Notes under the pieces: generated by a model | Seen by the model: the letters and a program-made list of their open reading frames with translations, nothing else | Databases searched by the model: none | Told to the model about the DNA's origin: nothing | NCBI GenBank assembly: GCA_951406725.2 | Contig: OX597815.1 | Span: forward strand, 153,760,001-153,824,000 | Length of the DNA stretch: 64,000 nt | DNA from: Octopus vulgaris | Lineage: Eukaryota | Direction: 5' to 3' | In this document: positions 1 through 13,399 of the stretch, one piece after another | Layout: each line of letters starts with the position of its first letter | Position numbering within the stretch: position 1 is the stretch's first letter | Program-made: the position numbers and the translations under genes

Positions 1-114
1 GTGGCCATCATTGGAAAACGCGTTGAAGAATCGAACAAATCAACCCTAGTGCTTAATTTTTGAGTCTGGTACTTATTCTGTCTGTTGCTTTTGCCGAACA
101 GACTAACACCGGTT

Positions 115-117
<3 letters not shown>

Positions 118-195
<78 letters not shown>
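118..195. repeat. (AG)n microsatellite, following a SINE fragment at 1-115
   Basis: Direct reading. Bases 60-110 resemble the SINE body seen at 56700-56770. Confidence 0.9.
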
Positions 196-1400
196 AGGTG
201 GGATAAACACAAATATAAACGTAAATGATACTAACCAGCCACCTAACATCAAGAACTGGCCAAAAATCACTAGTAAAAATATCTGAAATTTCATCACTTT
301 GACTGTGTTGCTATATTTTGCAACGAGGATATGAAATAAAGTGGCTTTACGATTCGATAAAATACGTCATTCAGCAAGGAACACCTAACTATATGGTATA
401 ATCCCACTTTCAGTTTAAAAGTTAAAAACATTATTACCAGGTCCTTCCTAAACTTAATGAACACGCATTTCCATAACGACCATAAATTCTACAAGATTTT
501 AACAGATACAATCTCAAAGTTAGTTATAGCTAAACTGGCGATTTCGCCTCTTCCATAGTCAGAATCAATAGGAAATAGATAGGCCCTTCCACAAACAAAC
601 GTTTCTTCTCAATGTAATCGCCTCCATAAAAGTACATTCCTTTTAAACGGTAAATGCTTTCAGCGAAATATTGTTTGCTGTGCTAAAGTTGCAACCAACA
701 ATAACAGCAACGATACAAAGTGCTTCATAACCCTCACTGACAAATTTAAATCTAAACATTCCCAGCTTACGTAAACTTTTAGATAGGAGGAACAAAATCA
801 GCAACAACTCTTTCAAAATACTTTTGGAGCTTAAATAACAAAGTGACCAACTTCAGCAGCAAATCGTCTATTATAGAATCTGCTCCCTCGCATATTAATG
901 GTAACAACTGTCTCTTCTGCTCAGCAGAAAAATTTAACATCCTCACTCAACTTCTCAGACCATTAAATTTCAACTCGGAGTCGATTTCGTCAATCCCTCA
1001 TCACTGGGAGTTCTTTCTACGATTCTTCAAACTACCAACTAGATGGTACTCTGCATACTCCTAATCGTCTCTGGAAATGTTTAACCCATTGCCTCATCAT
1101 AATCGACTTTCTAACCTCTTTGTAAGCAGACCATTAAATTGTTTTCTGCCCCATTCCTCTCAATCTTTACAGGCTTCAACCTTTACACGCTTGATGTACA
1201 CTAATCTAAATTCACATTTCTTCTAATACAACCGTTTTTACATTATAGTTTCTTTAACACTACTTTCTTTTTTGCTCCACAGTTTGGAAACCACTTTCCT
1301 TGCATTACAGTTCTGAACATTGATTCAGTTTTGTGCACCTTTTCTACTAGTTTTATTTTACGATTTATATATAACATTGTAATACACTTATACCAGAACC

Positions 1401-1506
1401 AGTTATCTATCCCATCTGAGAGATATTTTATCATATTTAATTTCTTATGTGTAGTTATCTATCCCATCTGAGAGATACTTTATCATAATTAATTTCTTAT
1501 GGGTAG
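1401..1506. repeat. Tandem duplication of a 53-bp unit
   Basis: agttatctatcccatctgagagata...tttcttatg occurs twice in tandem. Confidence 0.85.
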
Positions 1507-1599
1507 TTCAACTCTCTTTTTGACTTGTCAATTTTCATTTATTTCATTTCTGCATTCCATTATTTATATCAAGCAACGTTTTGAAACATGAAATATTTC

Positions 1600-2640
1600 A
1601 ACAATGCGGAAATTTTATTAATCAAAATAAGTATCATTACAATCAACACATTTTTGCCAACGAGTCACAAGTTTGTTTATTTCGGTAACATAAAAAGTTA
1701 GAGTTCTGGAACTGATGAACTCTTTGAACGCACTTTCAGCATCGGTTTGGGTTTTGAACTCCTCTCGCAGGAAACCAGCAAGGTGTCTGAAAAAGTGGTA
1801 GTCGGTAGGAGAAAGGTCTGCGGAATAAGCTGGGTGAGAACTTCACAGTCAAGTTCCCTTAATTTCTGGAGCGTCATTAGAGAAACGTGTGGTCGAGCAT
1901 TGTCATGAAGAATGATTGACCCTCTCCTGTTGACCAGTCTGGGACGGGGAAGTAGCAGTTTTTCGTTCATTTTGGTATTTTCATGGCAATATGTTTCTGC
2001 AGTAATGATTTTTCTGGGTTTCAAGAAGTTATAGTGGTAAGTCCAGCAGTACACCACCAAACAGTCACCATAATCTTTTTGAAGAGCTCGGGTTTAGGGA
2101 TGGTTTTCAGTGCTTCATTTTGGTCAAACCACTGCGAAGAACGTTTTTTTATTATTGTACAGACCACTTTTCATCGCAAGTTACAATATGGTAGAGAAAT
2201 GTATCGGTCTGGTTACGGAGAAGAAGCGACGAGCAAACTTCATATCTGCGCATTTTCTGATTTTCATTCAAATCGTGTGTTACCCATTTGACAAGCTTTT
2301 TTGATATTTAGATCGCATGTAAATGGTTGCAGACAGTTTTCTGGCTAACTTGAAGTTCTTTTGCCAGTTCTCGAGTGGTTTTACGTGGATCTTTCTCAAT
2401 GACGGTCTTTAATTGGCCGTTATCGATGACAGATGGGCTTCCACTATGTACACGATCTTCAAGGTTCAGGTATCTCCTGCGAAATCGTTTAAACCATTTT
2501 CGAGCTGACCACTCACTTCGTTTTTTTTTTATTTCCCACAAGTATGATTTGGGAATATACTCAAACGTATGTTTATAAAAAATTAAAATGACAATGATAA
2601 TATAAACGAATGAGACACAAAAACAATTACACACAATAAT
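1600..2640 (-). mobile_element. Degenerate mariner transposase
   Basis: ORF fragments KWFKRFR...LEDRVHSGSP, DPRKTTRELA and IILHDNARPH, interrupted by frameshifts. Confidence 0.88.
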
Positions 2641-2679
2641 TTAACAAAATGAGGTTTAAAAAACAGGTAAGCTCCGACC

Positions 2680-4995
2680 TCACAAGCCCTGTCTTCTCCT
2701 CCGACACCTTGGTAATCCCTATGGCGTGCTCACGTAGGGCCTTTCATTCCCAACGTACGTGCTACACGTGACCATATTTTTATGGACATACTCACTGACA
2801 GACACCTCCTTTCCAGCCCCACCTTCCTTTTCAGGTGAACGATGAAAACATTCACCAGCGCGAGGCCGGAGACGAAGCTGTCTGTCACAATATCTTTCAT
2901 TCTCAACTTCCATATCACCTCTCTCGCAATTGCTTCTACTACGAGAAAACAATTCTTACCCTCTTCCGTAAGGAAATCCGGTGGGTTAATTTTTAGAATT
3001 GACTCAAACGATAGCTGTACTCTTCTTTCATCTGACAACAGGTGTTCTGCATAAGTCCACACTTCTGACACAATCGGACACTGAAAAATAGTGTGCAGGA
3101 TAGTTTCCACGCCCCGCCCGCATCTTGAACAAGCCAACGGCCCAGGATGGTCGTGTATGGTGAGCTTATCCTGAACGGGTAGGGCTCCTCGGTAACACTG
3201 CCAGGCCAAAGACTTTTGGAAGTTATCCAGTGTCTTCGGCCCGAATGTTCTTCGGAACAGGCTGTCTAACTGACTGTCATCGAAACCCAGGGTCCTCCCC
3301 AGGGTATCACCATTTCCAGCCTCTACCATCGAGTCGATGCTGTCGTAAGCCGCAGTGGTACTGAAACCGCTGGTGTTGCCTGAGCTGCGGAACTAGAGAA
3401 GAACCTTGCGGTACTCTGTATACCAGGTACCCAACCTCATCTTCGACGAAACCAGTTTTCTCTATCACCAAAGCTAGTAAAGCTGGGGAATATCTGTCTA
3501 GCGAACGGAGACCACATCCGTTCATCATCCAGGTAGAGCCAGAGGTGCCTCAACCTTAGCGCATCTTTGCGCATCAACAGCCAAGGCATCCCTAACCCAC
3601 CCTTTAACGGCTTTTGACAGCAAATAGAAGTCTTACAAGTGGAGCGGAGGTCTTCCACAAAAAGCGAAAGATTAGCCTCTGCAACTTGCTCAACCATGAA
3701 TCTGGACAAGGAACGACGGCTAGGCGGTAAACGATGGCCGATGCAATAAACACATTGGCCACCTTCGCCCTCCCTTTTAAGGATAGCCACCGCCAAGACC
3801 AGGTCTTGACTATGTGGGTCACTTTGCCCGATACCTCGAACCAGTTCTTTTCTATCTGGAGATCTGGGCCAAACCAGATTCCTAGCAACTTAACTGGGCC
3901 CTCCGTCCAGCGTCCCACGACGCTATTCGAAGGCATCGACTTGCCCCTTCAGGTGCCAAGTTACAAGCCGACCGATTTTTCCCGGTTAATTTTTGCTCCT
4001 GCCCTCTCTCGTAAACCTTGATGGTTTCCCTTACTTTCTGTAGGTGTTCCATCTTGGTCACGATGATAGTGATGTCGTCCACGTACGCTGTAACCGATCC
4101 TCCACCTTCTGGAATCGTCGGAATACCACTCAGGTTTAGCAGCAATGGCTCGAGGGCCATTACGTACAAAAGCAAAGGGAGTTGACACTCTTGGCGAACC
4201 GACCGCTTGATGCAGAACGGCTTTCAGAAAAAGCCATTCACCCGAACGATCGAGTCGATGCTGTCGTCCAACTGTATGATTCACCTGAGGAAACCAAGAC
4301 CTAGTCCGAACTGCGCGAGCACAGAAACCAGGTAACGACGGTCTACCCTATCGAATACTTTAGCTTGGTCTAAATGGACCAGTGCCCCGTCCTTGCCAGA
4401 ATCATTACCATATCCTTCTACAGTGTAGCGTATAAGATAAAGATTATCCTGGATTGTTCTGCTGGGGACCGCACAAGTTTGTGCCCCCCCCCCGATCAGG
4501 CCATCCGCGACACGTGTCAATCCTTTTGCTAACACTTTGGCCAAAATCTTCATCTCTGCGTTCAGCAGAGTGATGGGCCTAAAATTATTTATACTATCCC
4601 CCTTGTCCGGGTCCTTCCTGACCAGCGTCACCTCTCTCCGGCGCACAGATCTAGGAATCCACCCATTCTGTTGCCAGTTCGCGTAGACGCTAGCCAGCAC
4701 ATGCCCGAACAAGTCTGGCATACTTTTATATAGCTCGTACGGTAAACCATCGAGTCCCGGCGCTTTACCACCACCGCTGTCCGCTACAGCCTCAGTCACC
4801 ACCTTAGGTGTGATACCCTTCACAGCTCTCCGCATCCTGCCCCGAGAGACGCGGCAGCCCGCCGAGGAAGTCCGTAAGGTCAATTCTACCATCCGGTCCA
4901 TCGCTCCCACCGGAAAGCTAGGCGAAGTGCTCCTGAAAAGTGTGACACATCTCCTCGAGTTCGTTTATCAACTCACCTTGTGAATTCACCAAAGT
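2680..4995 (-). mobile_element. Decayed, 5'-truncated L1/Tx1-clade LINE (RT plus C-terminal zinc-binding region)
   Basis: KAPGLDGLPYE, NFRPITLLN, LDQAKVFDRV, AYVDD, GGLGMP and CSRCG...ETILH...C across several frameshifted ORFs. Confidence 0.92.
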
Positions 4996-5062
4996 TATGG
5001 TAAAAACAATTTCACATTAATCTGATGAGTTACACTATACTTTAGAAGACTACAAATTTATC

Positions 5063-5193
5063 ATTCTTATACAAGAATGTTATTGACAGTCACTTCGAAG
5101 TTTCGACCTACGAATTCATCATCGGACAGTCTGATGATGGGTCAGCTGGCCGAAACATCGAAGTCGATGTCAAGAAAATTCTAGTATAAGAAT
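5063..5193. repeat. Imperfect palindrome containing hammerhead-ribozyme motifs
   Basis: The arms attcttatacaagaat and attctagtataagaat pair around a centre near 5128. The + strand reads CTGATGA(5131)...GAAA-catcga-ag-tcgatg-TC. Confidence 0.7.
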
Positions 5194-5246
<53 letters not shown>

Positions 5247-5400
5247 CATACCTATCTACCCCCTCCCTCCCTCCCTACCCACCTACATATACATACATAT
5301 ATGCATGCATGCATGCACACATACATACATACATACATACATACATACATACATCATACATACATACGAATAAACACACACACACACACACACATACACA

Positions 5401-5467
<67 letters not shown>

Positions 5468-5671
5468 TAAAAGTAATTGAGTCTATGTTCGGTCATTGAG
5501 TGACCAATGATTTCGCTTGACCTGATGTAAATTCAATTACTCTTAATACATTAGTGGTCTATGCTTTAGAGCATATTGCTTTCAGTTTAGCATTCTGTCT
5601 TATTATTATTAATTATTTTTTCCTTTCCTATCATTTCTCCACGTGCGGTTAACACAACCCCACCATTTACT

Positions 5672-5711
<40 letters not shown>

Positions 5712-6079
5712 AAGATTGATAGAGAAGACGGAATGTACAAAAAAAAAAAAGAAGAAGAATTTATTACCACAACAATTGTTTCATCTTCATATATGTAGAA
5801 ATGGAAATTAACCAAAGTATTTACCTGCCAAGTATAAACTGCACAATACAATCACAAGTGTTCGGAGTGACATCTGAAAGAAGAGATTTTACAAGAATAT
5901 ATAAAAATACGTGTGTGTGTGTGTGTGCGTATGTGTGTGTACATACATATGTATACTGCTGTAATCATTTTATATATGAAACTAGGAAAAATAACAACAT
6001 AAAACATAGCAACCAGTCGACAGATATAGTAAATGTCATCCCTAATAGCTCGCCCTCAAATTGCACGGACAACTACCTG

Positions 6080-6552
6080 ATAAATAATAACTCCCCTCAA
6101 CACAACAAACGCACAGATAAATTTAATAATTCATGTAGCTGCAGAGATAAAAACAAGTGTCAATTCTCCAATATTTGTAAAACTAAAATGTAATATACCA
6201 ATGTGATGTACTCGCAAATAACCATAAGAAATCTTATAAAGGAGCAACTAAAAACGAAATGATACTTAGATACAATTCCCACCAATCTAGTTTCAGAAAT
6301 GGAAGTAAAGCGAACTCTACAGGACTGAGTAGCTACATCTGGGAATTGAAAGATAAAAATATCAGCTACAGTTCAGAATGGCGTATTCTAACCAAACCTT
6401 CCTAGCATAGCATTAACAATAAGCGCTGTGAACTCTGTATAAACGAAGAGCTATTCATTTTAATGGCTAAATCACCTCTACTTAATAGGAGACGTGAAAA
6501 TGATAATTTTTGTTTGCATAAAGTCGAATTCGTATTCTCAAAGTATCGATAA
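6080..6552 (+). mobile_element. Penelope-like element, C-terminal GIY-YIG endonuclease fragment
   Basis: CSCRDKNKC, then after frameshifts NVIYQC...YKGAT...RYNSHQSSFR...NSTGLSSYIWELK...CELCINE...LLNRR. Homologous to the fragment at 26580-27120. Confidence 0.85.
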
Positions 6553-7210
6553 ACCCGCCTTACCCTTTGTATACCGCTGCCCTCTATTTTAAATGTTATT
6601 TGCAAACCTACTTAACCCCGTATTACCTCCCTTTAACCTCCCTACACACCAATTAGCTTACTTAACTCCAACCCACATTATAAATTAATTACAGAACTTT
6701 ATATTTATTCTACATCCTACGCTAGCTTACTATTTTCCTATAATTTAATTTGTCGAGAGCTAGACTACCAACTCTTTTTACACGCGATAAATTTCCCCTT
6801 TCGATCTTATCCTTTTTCTATGCACTCTTCAAACCTGTACATTATTCCGGTACGTAGTCCATTTAAACTCTATATTACAAATTCTAGATATAAACTTTAC
6901 CCATATATTGCGGCTTCCATTGAAAATATACCAACTAACTTACAACCTATAAATTAGTGTTATATAGGTTCATAGAACGTTACACCGGCGTCAACTAGCC
7001 GAACATGCGGACATGTGTAGGCTATGTTAATAATTAATTATGAGACCTTAGATTCAACTAACTCTCTTCTCATCTATCCTACAACTGCTTTATTGAACTT
7101 TGAACCTAAGTAAAACGTAAGACTATTGAATTATTGAACATTTTCTTTTTCCTGTCCTTTCCTTACACTTTCTTTCTCTCTATTCTCTTTTGTTAACCTT
7201 TGCCTTTTTC

Positions 7211-7288
7211 GTTCTGATGATATCTATTAATTGCAACGAGGTAAAATACATATCTACCCCAGCCTGATACACGGAGACAGCTGTAAAC
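7211..7288 (+). ncRNA. Degenerate type I hammerhead in the Penelope 3' region
   Basis: gtt-CTGATGA-...-GAGA(mutated GAAA)-cagctg-TA-aac. Palindromic stem III acagctgt. Lies about 660 nt downstream of the GIY-YIG fragment on the same strand. Confidence 0.5.
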
Positions 7289-7896
7289 TTACTCTAACAT
7301 ACTTTCATCTTAATTAATTAAATAATGGCTTTATAATACCAAAGATCCACTTCTCATTGTTATTTACTTCTCCATTTTCTTATCGTTTATATATACATTA
7401 AACTACGGTTTACCTTTTAAATTACCTACTACCGTATACCTTATAACAAGGACCATTTATACTGAGGTAATTACCAGGAGTACCTCTGGATACATCTATC
7501 TCCTAGATGGTTTTAATACTTCTAACTTATATATCTGTATATATACGCCAGCTAAATTTAATTCGTCCTTAGCCGAAAGACACCTGTTGCTATGCACTGT
7601 AATTTGTATTTGTGTAACAGTCTCTGTTTTTTCCGTCCTTGTTTTCGTATACATTCGCTGCTTTCTTCCAGGGAATCTAATGCTCTTAGCTTAGTTTTTC
7701 CTTGAAGCTGGCCAGATTGGAGCAATCTCGAGTATAACCAGCTGAAATAGCAAAGATTATCAGGAACTCGACTGAAGAAATAAAACTTCGAATGAACCGT
7801 CCTCGTTTTCTTTGTATCGTCTATCTGGATGCTTTGTTGTCCCTTTTTTGTATTACCTGACTGTCTGGATGTTTTGCGTTCCTGTCCCATTTTGTA

Positions 7897-7959
<63 letters not shown>

Positions 7960-7965
<6 letters not shown>

Positions 7966-8261
7966 ATCACGTGACCGACCAGACCATCAGACGTTGATAC
8001 ACATCGCTGGTCACAATGCGTACGCATTGTTTTAGCCTTCGAATGACGCCACCCCGCTGGCTAAGCGAGCAGGCCAACGAAAAAAAGAGTGGGAGAAAGA
8101 GTGGTGAAAGAGTACAGCAGGGATCACCACCCCTGCCGGAGCCTCGTGGAGCTTTTTTAGGTGTTTTCGCTCAATAAACACTCACAACGCCTGGTCTGGG
8201 AATCGAAACCGCGTTCCTACGACCGCGAGTCCGCTGCCCTAACCACTGGGCCATTGCGCCT

Positions 8262-8263
<2 letters not shown>
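7960..8263 (-). mobile_element. tRNA-derived SINE
   Basis: Head ggaggcgcaatggcccagtggttagg...ggtttcgattccc has A and B boxes and sits between (TA)n and (CA)n. A related head occurs at 19160-19281. Confidence 0.8.
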
Positions 8264-8309
<46 letters not shown>

Positions 8310-8370
8310 TTATTTATTTATAACACATTAAAAAGGGTGACTTATTAGCAATTAGAACCTAAAGGCAAAA

Positions 8371-9752
8371 TTAACAGAGTTCATAGAAGTGACAGAGGGT
8401 ACTGACTAGGACCTCTTTTGCTAGAAATAAGAGTTACAATAACTCAAATGCCACGAAGCACAGGACCTAATGACTGACAAAGGGAGGTAAGTCCCCAGCG
8501 TACATAGTCGGATCGCAATTTCTAGCAAAAAACGTGCTACTCAGTATCCTCTGTCACTTTTGTGACCTCTATTAATGTTTTTGATTTTGTCTACTAAACA
8601 GTATAGTAAGGTCAGCTGGGAATCGTCTCCTTGACGCAATTCACTCTGCCAGAAATGTGGAAAGGACATGCTGTACTTCTTGGCATTTGCTCCGGAAGCT
8701 GCCATACGAACATTTCAGAGTGTTTGGGTGTCAATCTGAGGACAGTACAGAGCATTCGGAAAGAGTTGAATGAGTTTAATGGTGATTACGAAGGTAAGGT
8801 ATGGCATCTCGGAAAACTCGCTCTAAACGTTCTGATAAGAAAAGAACTGAATTTGCTGGCGAGATCCAGGCCATGATTGACAACGATCCCTCCAAGTCAA
8901 TCAGGTTCATCGCCAGGGACATAGGAGTGTCTGAGTTTCTTACAAGATGAGAAAGGGCAAACTTTTATCCCAAGCCATCAATGAGAAGAGGAAAGACATC
9001 GCCACGAAGCTTTTGAAGAAATTCAAGCATCTCCTTCAACCGAACATGCTTTGGTTTTTCTCGGACGAGAAAAATTTCAACCAGGATCAGATGGTGAACA
9101 CACAGAGCAATCGCTGGCTTGCCGTGTTCCCAGAATATGTACCGAGAATGATAAAAACCAAACATCCAGTCAACATCATGTTGTTTGGAGTGATCAGTAG
9201 CGATGGCGACGTTATGCCTCAATTCATCTTACCACACGGCCTCAGCCTCAACACGGAGGCCTATATCAAGTGCTTGGAGAAGGTAGTGTTGCCCTGGGTC
9301 AAGAGGGAGGCCTTTGGAAGACCACGTCTGGCAACAGAATTCTGCACCATGCCACACAAACAGGAGAAAGCAGTCACGGCTGTTAGACAATTTCTGTGAT
9401 TATATCACCCCTAACATCTGGCCACCTAACTCCCCAGACTGCAACCCCCTTGATTATTATGTGTGGGTCGCAGTTGAGCGAGAGACCAACAAAACTCCTT
9501 GTAATACCAAAGATGAACTGAAGGCAAGGATTATGGCAGCATTCACCAGCTTAAAGAAAGAGACCGCCCAGAAGAGTTGCAGGAGATTCCGAAGTCGTCT
9601 GGAGGCCGTGGTTGAAGCCAATGTCGATTGTATTGCATAAACTTACTCTTTAGTATTTCAAGATAATTTTATGTAATTTTGGTAAATATATCTGTTAAAA
9701 TAAAATGTTATTTTAATTTTTACGTAATTTAGACGACAATTTATTCCCCGCA
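8371..9752 (+). mobile_element. Tc1/mariner DD37D (maT-type) transposon, frameshifted
   Basis: WFFSDEKNF and WQQ(D>N)SAP followed by 37 residues to WPPNSPDCNPLD. A probable right TIR (...acaatttattccccgcacca) abuts (TA)n. Confidence 0.88.
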
Positions 9753-9794
9753 CCATATATATCTATATATATATACATACATTCATACGTGCAT

Positions 9795-9855
<61 letters not shown>

Positions 9856-9871
9856 CATACATACATATGTG

Positions 9872-9973
<102 letters not shown>

Positions 9974-11871
9974 ATTACATAAATACATATTCATATTTGA
10001 AAACAAACCATTATGTTCATATACATGTACACTTATTATCATTTACAGGATTATTTAGTTTTCCAAAAGAGAGATTAATTACTGCTCGTTATGGAAGACT
10101 AGCGGCTACCGTCTCTACAACAATTTCATTTAAACTTCTATAACAATTCTAAGTAAGAGCTGCATGATAAATTATAGCAACAGAAACTTTGGTTACAAGT
10201 ATTAAGATCGTTTTACAACGTTATTATTGCAGGTAAATTCAGAGGTATAATAAAGTATGTGTTTCTTTTAATGCTGTATATTAATCATTCACATTAAGAA
10301 CAATGCATAGTATTCTAGCAACTTTACACGTCGTGGAAAATTTATTAGAAAATATCTTATACTAATCCTTTATCAGAGCTGTCTATTTTTTTCAGCATGC
10401 GGTATTATGTTCCGAAATCGGAATTGAAATAATCTCAGTCAGCACGATATAGGCGTTCGAAAAGTGAGCGCAGTCACCTCCTGTCATTCGTTTCACCCAT
10501 TTGGGATATTACAAAGGCCTGGATTATTACAAAGATCATTATCAGCAGAGAAGTAAAGGAAAATCTCTTCATCGATGAATCGAATGGTGTGTTTGGTTCA
10601 CCAAGAGCATTCTGACTCTAACAAAATAACCCAAGCTGTAGTTTTGAACTGAACTTCGTGTCGAGTTTTTTGAAAATAATATTCAACATTTCCATTTTCA
10701 AAATCCCAGTCAACAATAAAGTTTGCCGGAGGCGGGCTGGATCAATAGGGTGTTAGACTAGTGACTGAGGAGTCGTCAGTCCCTATAGTGATAACAGACC
10801 TACGCTGTGTTAAAGTCGCTAACCTCAAGTCAACTCAGGTATTGTGAATGAAATTGAATAGATGGAAAATACATGGAAATTGACCGCATATACTGTCCCT
10901 GTAATTCAAAAGGTCTGCTTACTTCTATTGGTCTGGTTTAGAGGCAGGGGCTGTGCCTGTTACTTTGCAGGCCATCTGAGACCCCGATAACGTTCCTCTC
11001 GAACAGTTGCAAGTCGACGTCTGCAGGGATAAAATCATGTGCAGGGTGGGGATTTCTAGCGAGTCGACATGCTGGAGGGGCAAGGGTCAGGTGTAGTGGT
11101 TGTTACGAAGTCTGGAGATGATCAATTATCATTGTACATCTACTCCCAATACATATGAAGCAGTAGAAAATTACAGCAGTAGTAGCAACAACAACAAAAA
11201 CAACTCATACATGGTCATTCTATCTCCCCCTACAAATACATGCTTGCAAATGACTGTCATGCATTTGCACTAGCCAAATATATTTAGATTAGATTGTGCC
11301 ATTATAAAGTATTTGTTGAAGCTGTTCTTACCTTGTTTATTGTTGCACATATCAATGAGAAACTAGAAAGAAAAATCATTTATAATGTGACGGGAAGAGA
11401 GGCCTGAGAATTGACCATATGTCTTGCTGAAACTAAAATAAAAATAAAATAAAATAATAAAGAAACTTGTTTTGTAAATTAATCTTATATACGTTTGACA
11501 ATCTCCTCGTCCGATAATAAATCGGGTTGCGTCTTATCTCACTTCAAGCAAAGTGTTGTATCAGCTAAAGTTTTCGTTGGACAGGTCTTACAAAACATGC
11601 TCTGAAAACATCTGTTCTCAACGAACATGCATAAGCGGATATAAAAATTGAGATAACTGCGCGCGTTATACTGCAGCGGAAGGTGGTGACGAAGGTAATT
11701 ATTGGTGATCATCAACATTTTTATGAGCATGATAATAAAGAGAATACAGATTAACTTGGATGGTATAAAATTATGACTTCCAGCTAACGAGGGCAGTTGC
11801 TATTCTCAGTGAGTCAAACGCTCTACTGGGAATAGTTACCAAATTCCTCTCAAGCTTTCTTTCTCCCCCCC

Positions 11872-11922
<51 letters not shown>

Positions 11923-12006
11923 AATCAGAAATATTTGAAATTTTCATTACCAGTGGTCTAGCGTGTAAAAATTTAGTCAATAGACTATATATTATTCATA
12001 TAAATA

Positions 12007-12463
12007 TAGTGTACATTTAAACACATAAGCGGTATCCATTATAGGACTCCTTGCACGCTAGAGAGGACAGTTAAATTCCAAACCACTATTAGAGATAAAA
12101 TTTTGAAGGGAATGAAAAAGAAAAACATTTACCATCTAACTCCTGGACCATGGTTTCAGACTTTTTTAGCAAATAAAATAATTTCCTAGGCGAAGTCTTC
12201 TTCAGCAGGTACACCTTAGATTAAATATATATATATGAGGCAATCCAGAATATTCCCCGTGCTTATACATTCAAATTTTTCAAATCTACCGTGCAAGCTA
12301 AAATAAAGTCTGAAACCATTGGTCCAGGAGTTAGATTGTAAATGTTTATATTTTTAATTCCCTTCGAAATTTTATCACTAATAGTGGTTTAGAATTTAAC
12401 TGTCCTCTCTAGCGTGCAAGGAGTCCTATGATGGATACCTCTTATGTATTTAAATGTACACTG
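12007..12463. mobile_element. MITE with ~165-bp terminal inverted repeats at a TA site
   Basis: 12007-12170 is the reverse complement of about 12297-12463 (agtgtacatttaaa...tttaaatgtacactg), with TA flanks and no ORF. Confidence 0.85.
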
Positions 12464-12560
12464 TATATATATATATATATGTATATATATATTATACGAT
12501 ACAAATAAGATGCTATTTCTCCGAACGCAGAATTGCTGCTCCCCCTTCTCTCTCTCTCTG

Positions 12561-12603
<43 letters not shown>

Positions 12604-12961
12604 ATGGCCGACACGTTTGAGTGAACATGTTTAGTTATAATCAAGACAGTTCAAATTTAATCTGTCTGGTGAAAGAGTGGACAAGAGTCGTTTGTATGTA
12701 GTCTTATGGTTAAAATTTAGGTGTTAGCTGTGTAACTCTCTCATGATAAATGGCAGAAACATATAATAATTTGAGCTATGAACTTCCTTTAAAAACAGGG
12801 CAAACTTCAAAAACTAGTCAGAAGCAAGACAGTTGCAACATAAGCCACGTCTTTATATTTAAACTTTTCGAAAATCAATGTAAACTATGAAACCGGTTAA
12901 AGCTTCAAATATTTTGATAAAAAGTATTTTAACTATTCTCAGTGCATTTTCAACTTCTATT

Positions 12962-13043
<82 letters not shown>

Positions 13044-13282
13044 GTGTGTTCAACACATACATTTGATCACTGTAAGCAATTCATTTGTGCCGGTCGTTCA
13101 GTAGAAAAGATGAACAAACATACGTCGTCTCCGACCGAAGAGTTCACCACACACACACATACACACACACACACAGGCACAGACACAGACACACATACAC
13201 GCACACACACGCACACACATACACACACATGTATGTATCTCCCGCAAATTCATAAACATATATATATATATATATATATATA

Positions 13283-13345
13283 CTAGCTGAAGGTGACCCG
13301 CTCTACGCGCGGGTAAGAGTGTGGTATATATATATAAATGTATAC

Positions 13346-13399
<54 letters not shown>

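Noticed and set aside
283-1400. Possible decayed retroelement coding sequence on the minus strand
   Set aside because: I could not recognise any diagnostic motif, so it is left unannotated.
7695-7760. Possible hammerhead (agctgg...ccagct-GAAA)
   Set aside because: No CUGANGA core and no UH cleavage site.
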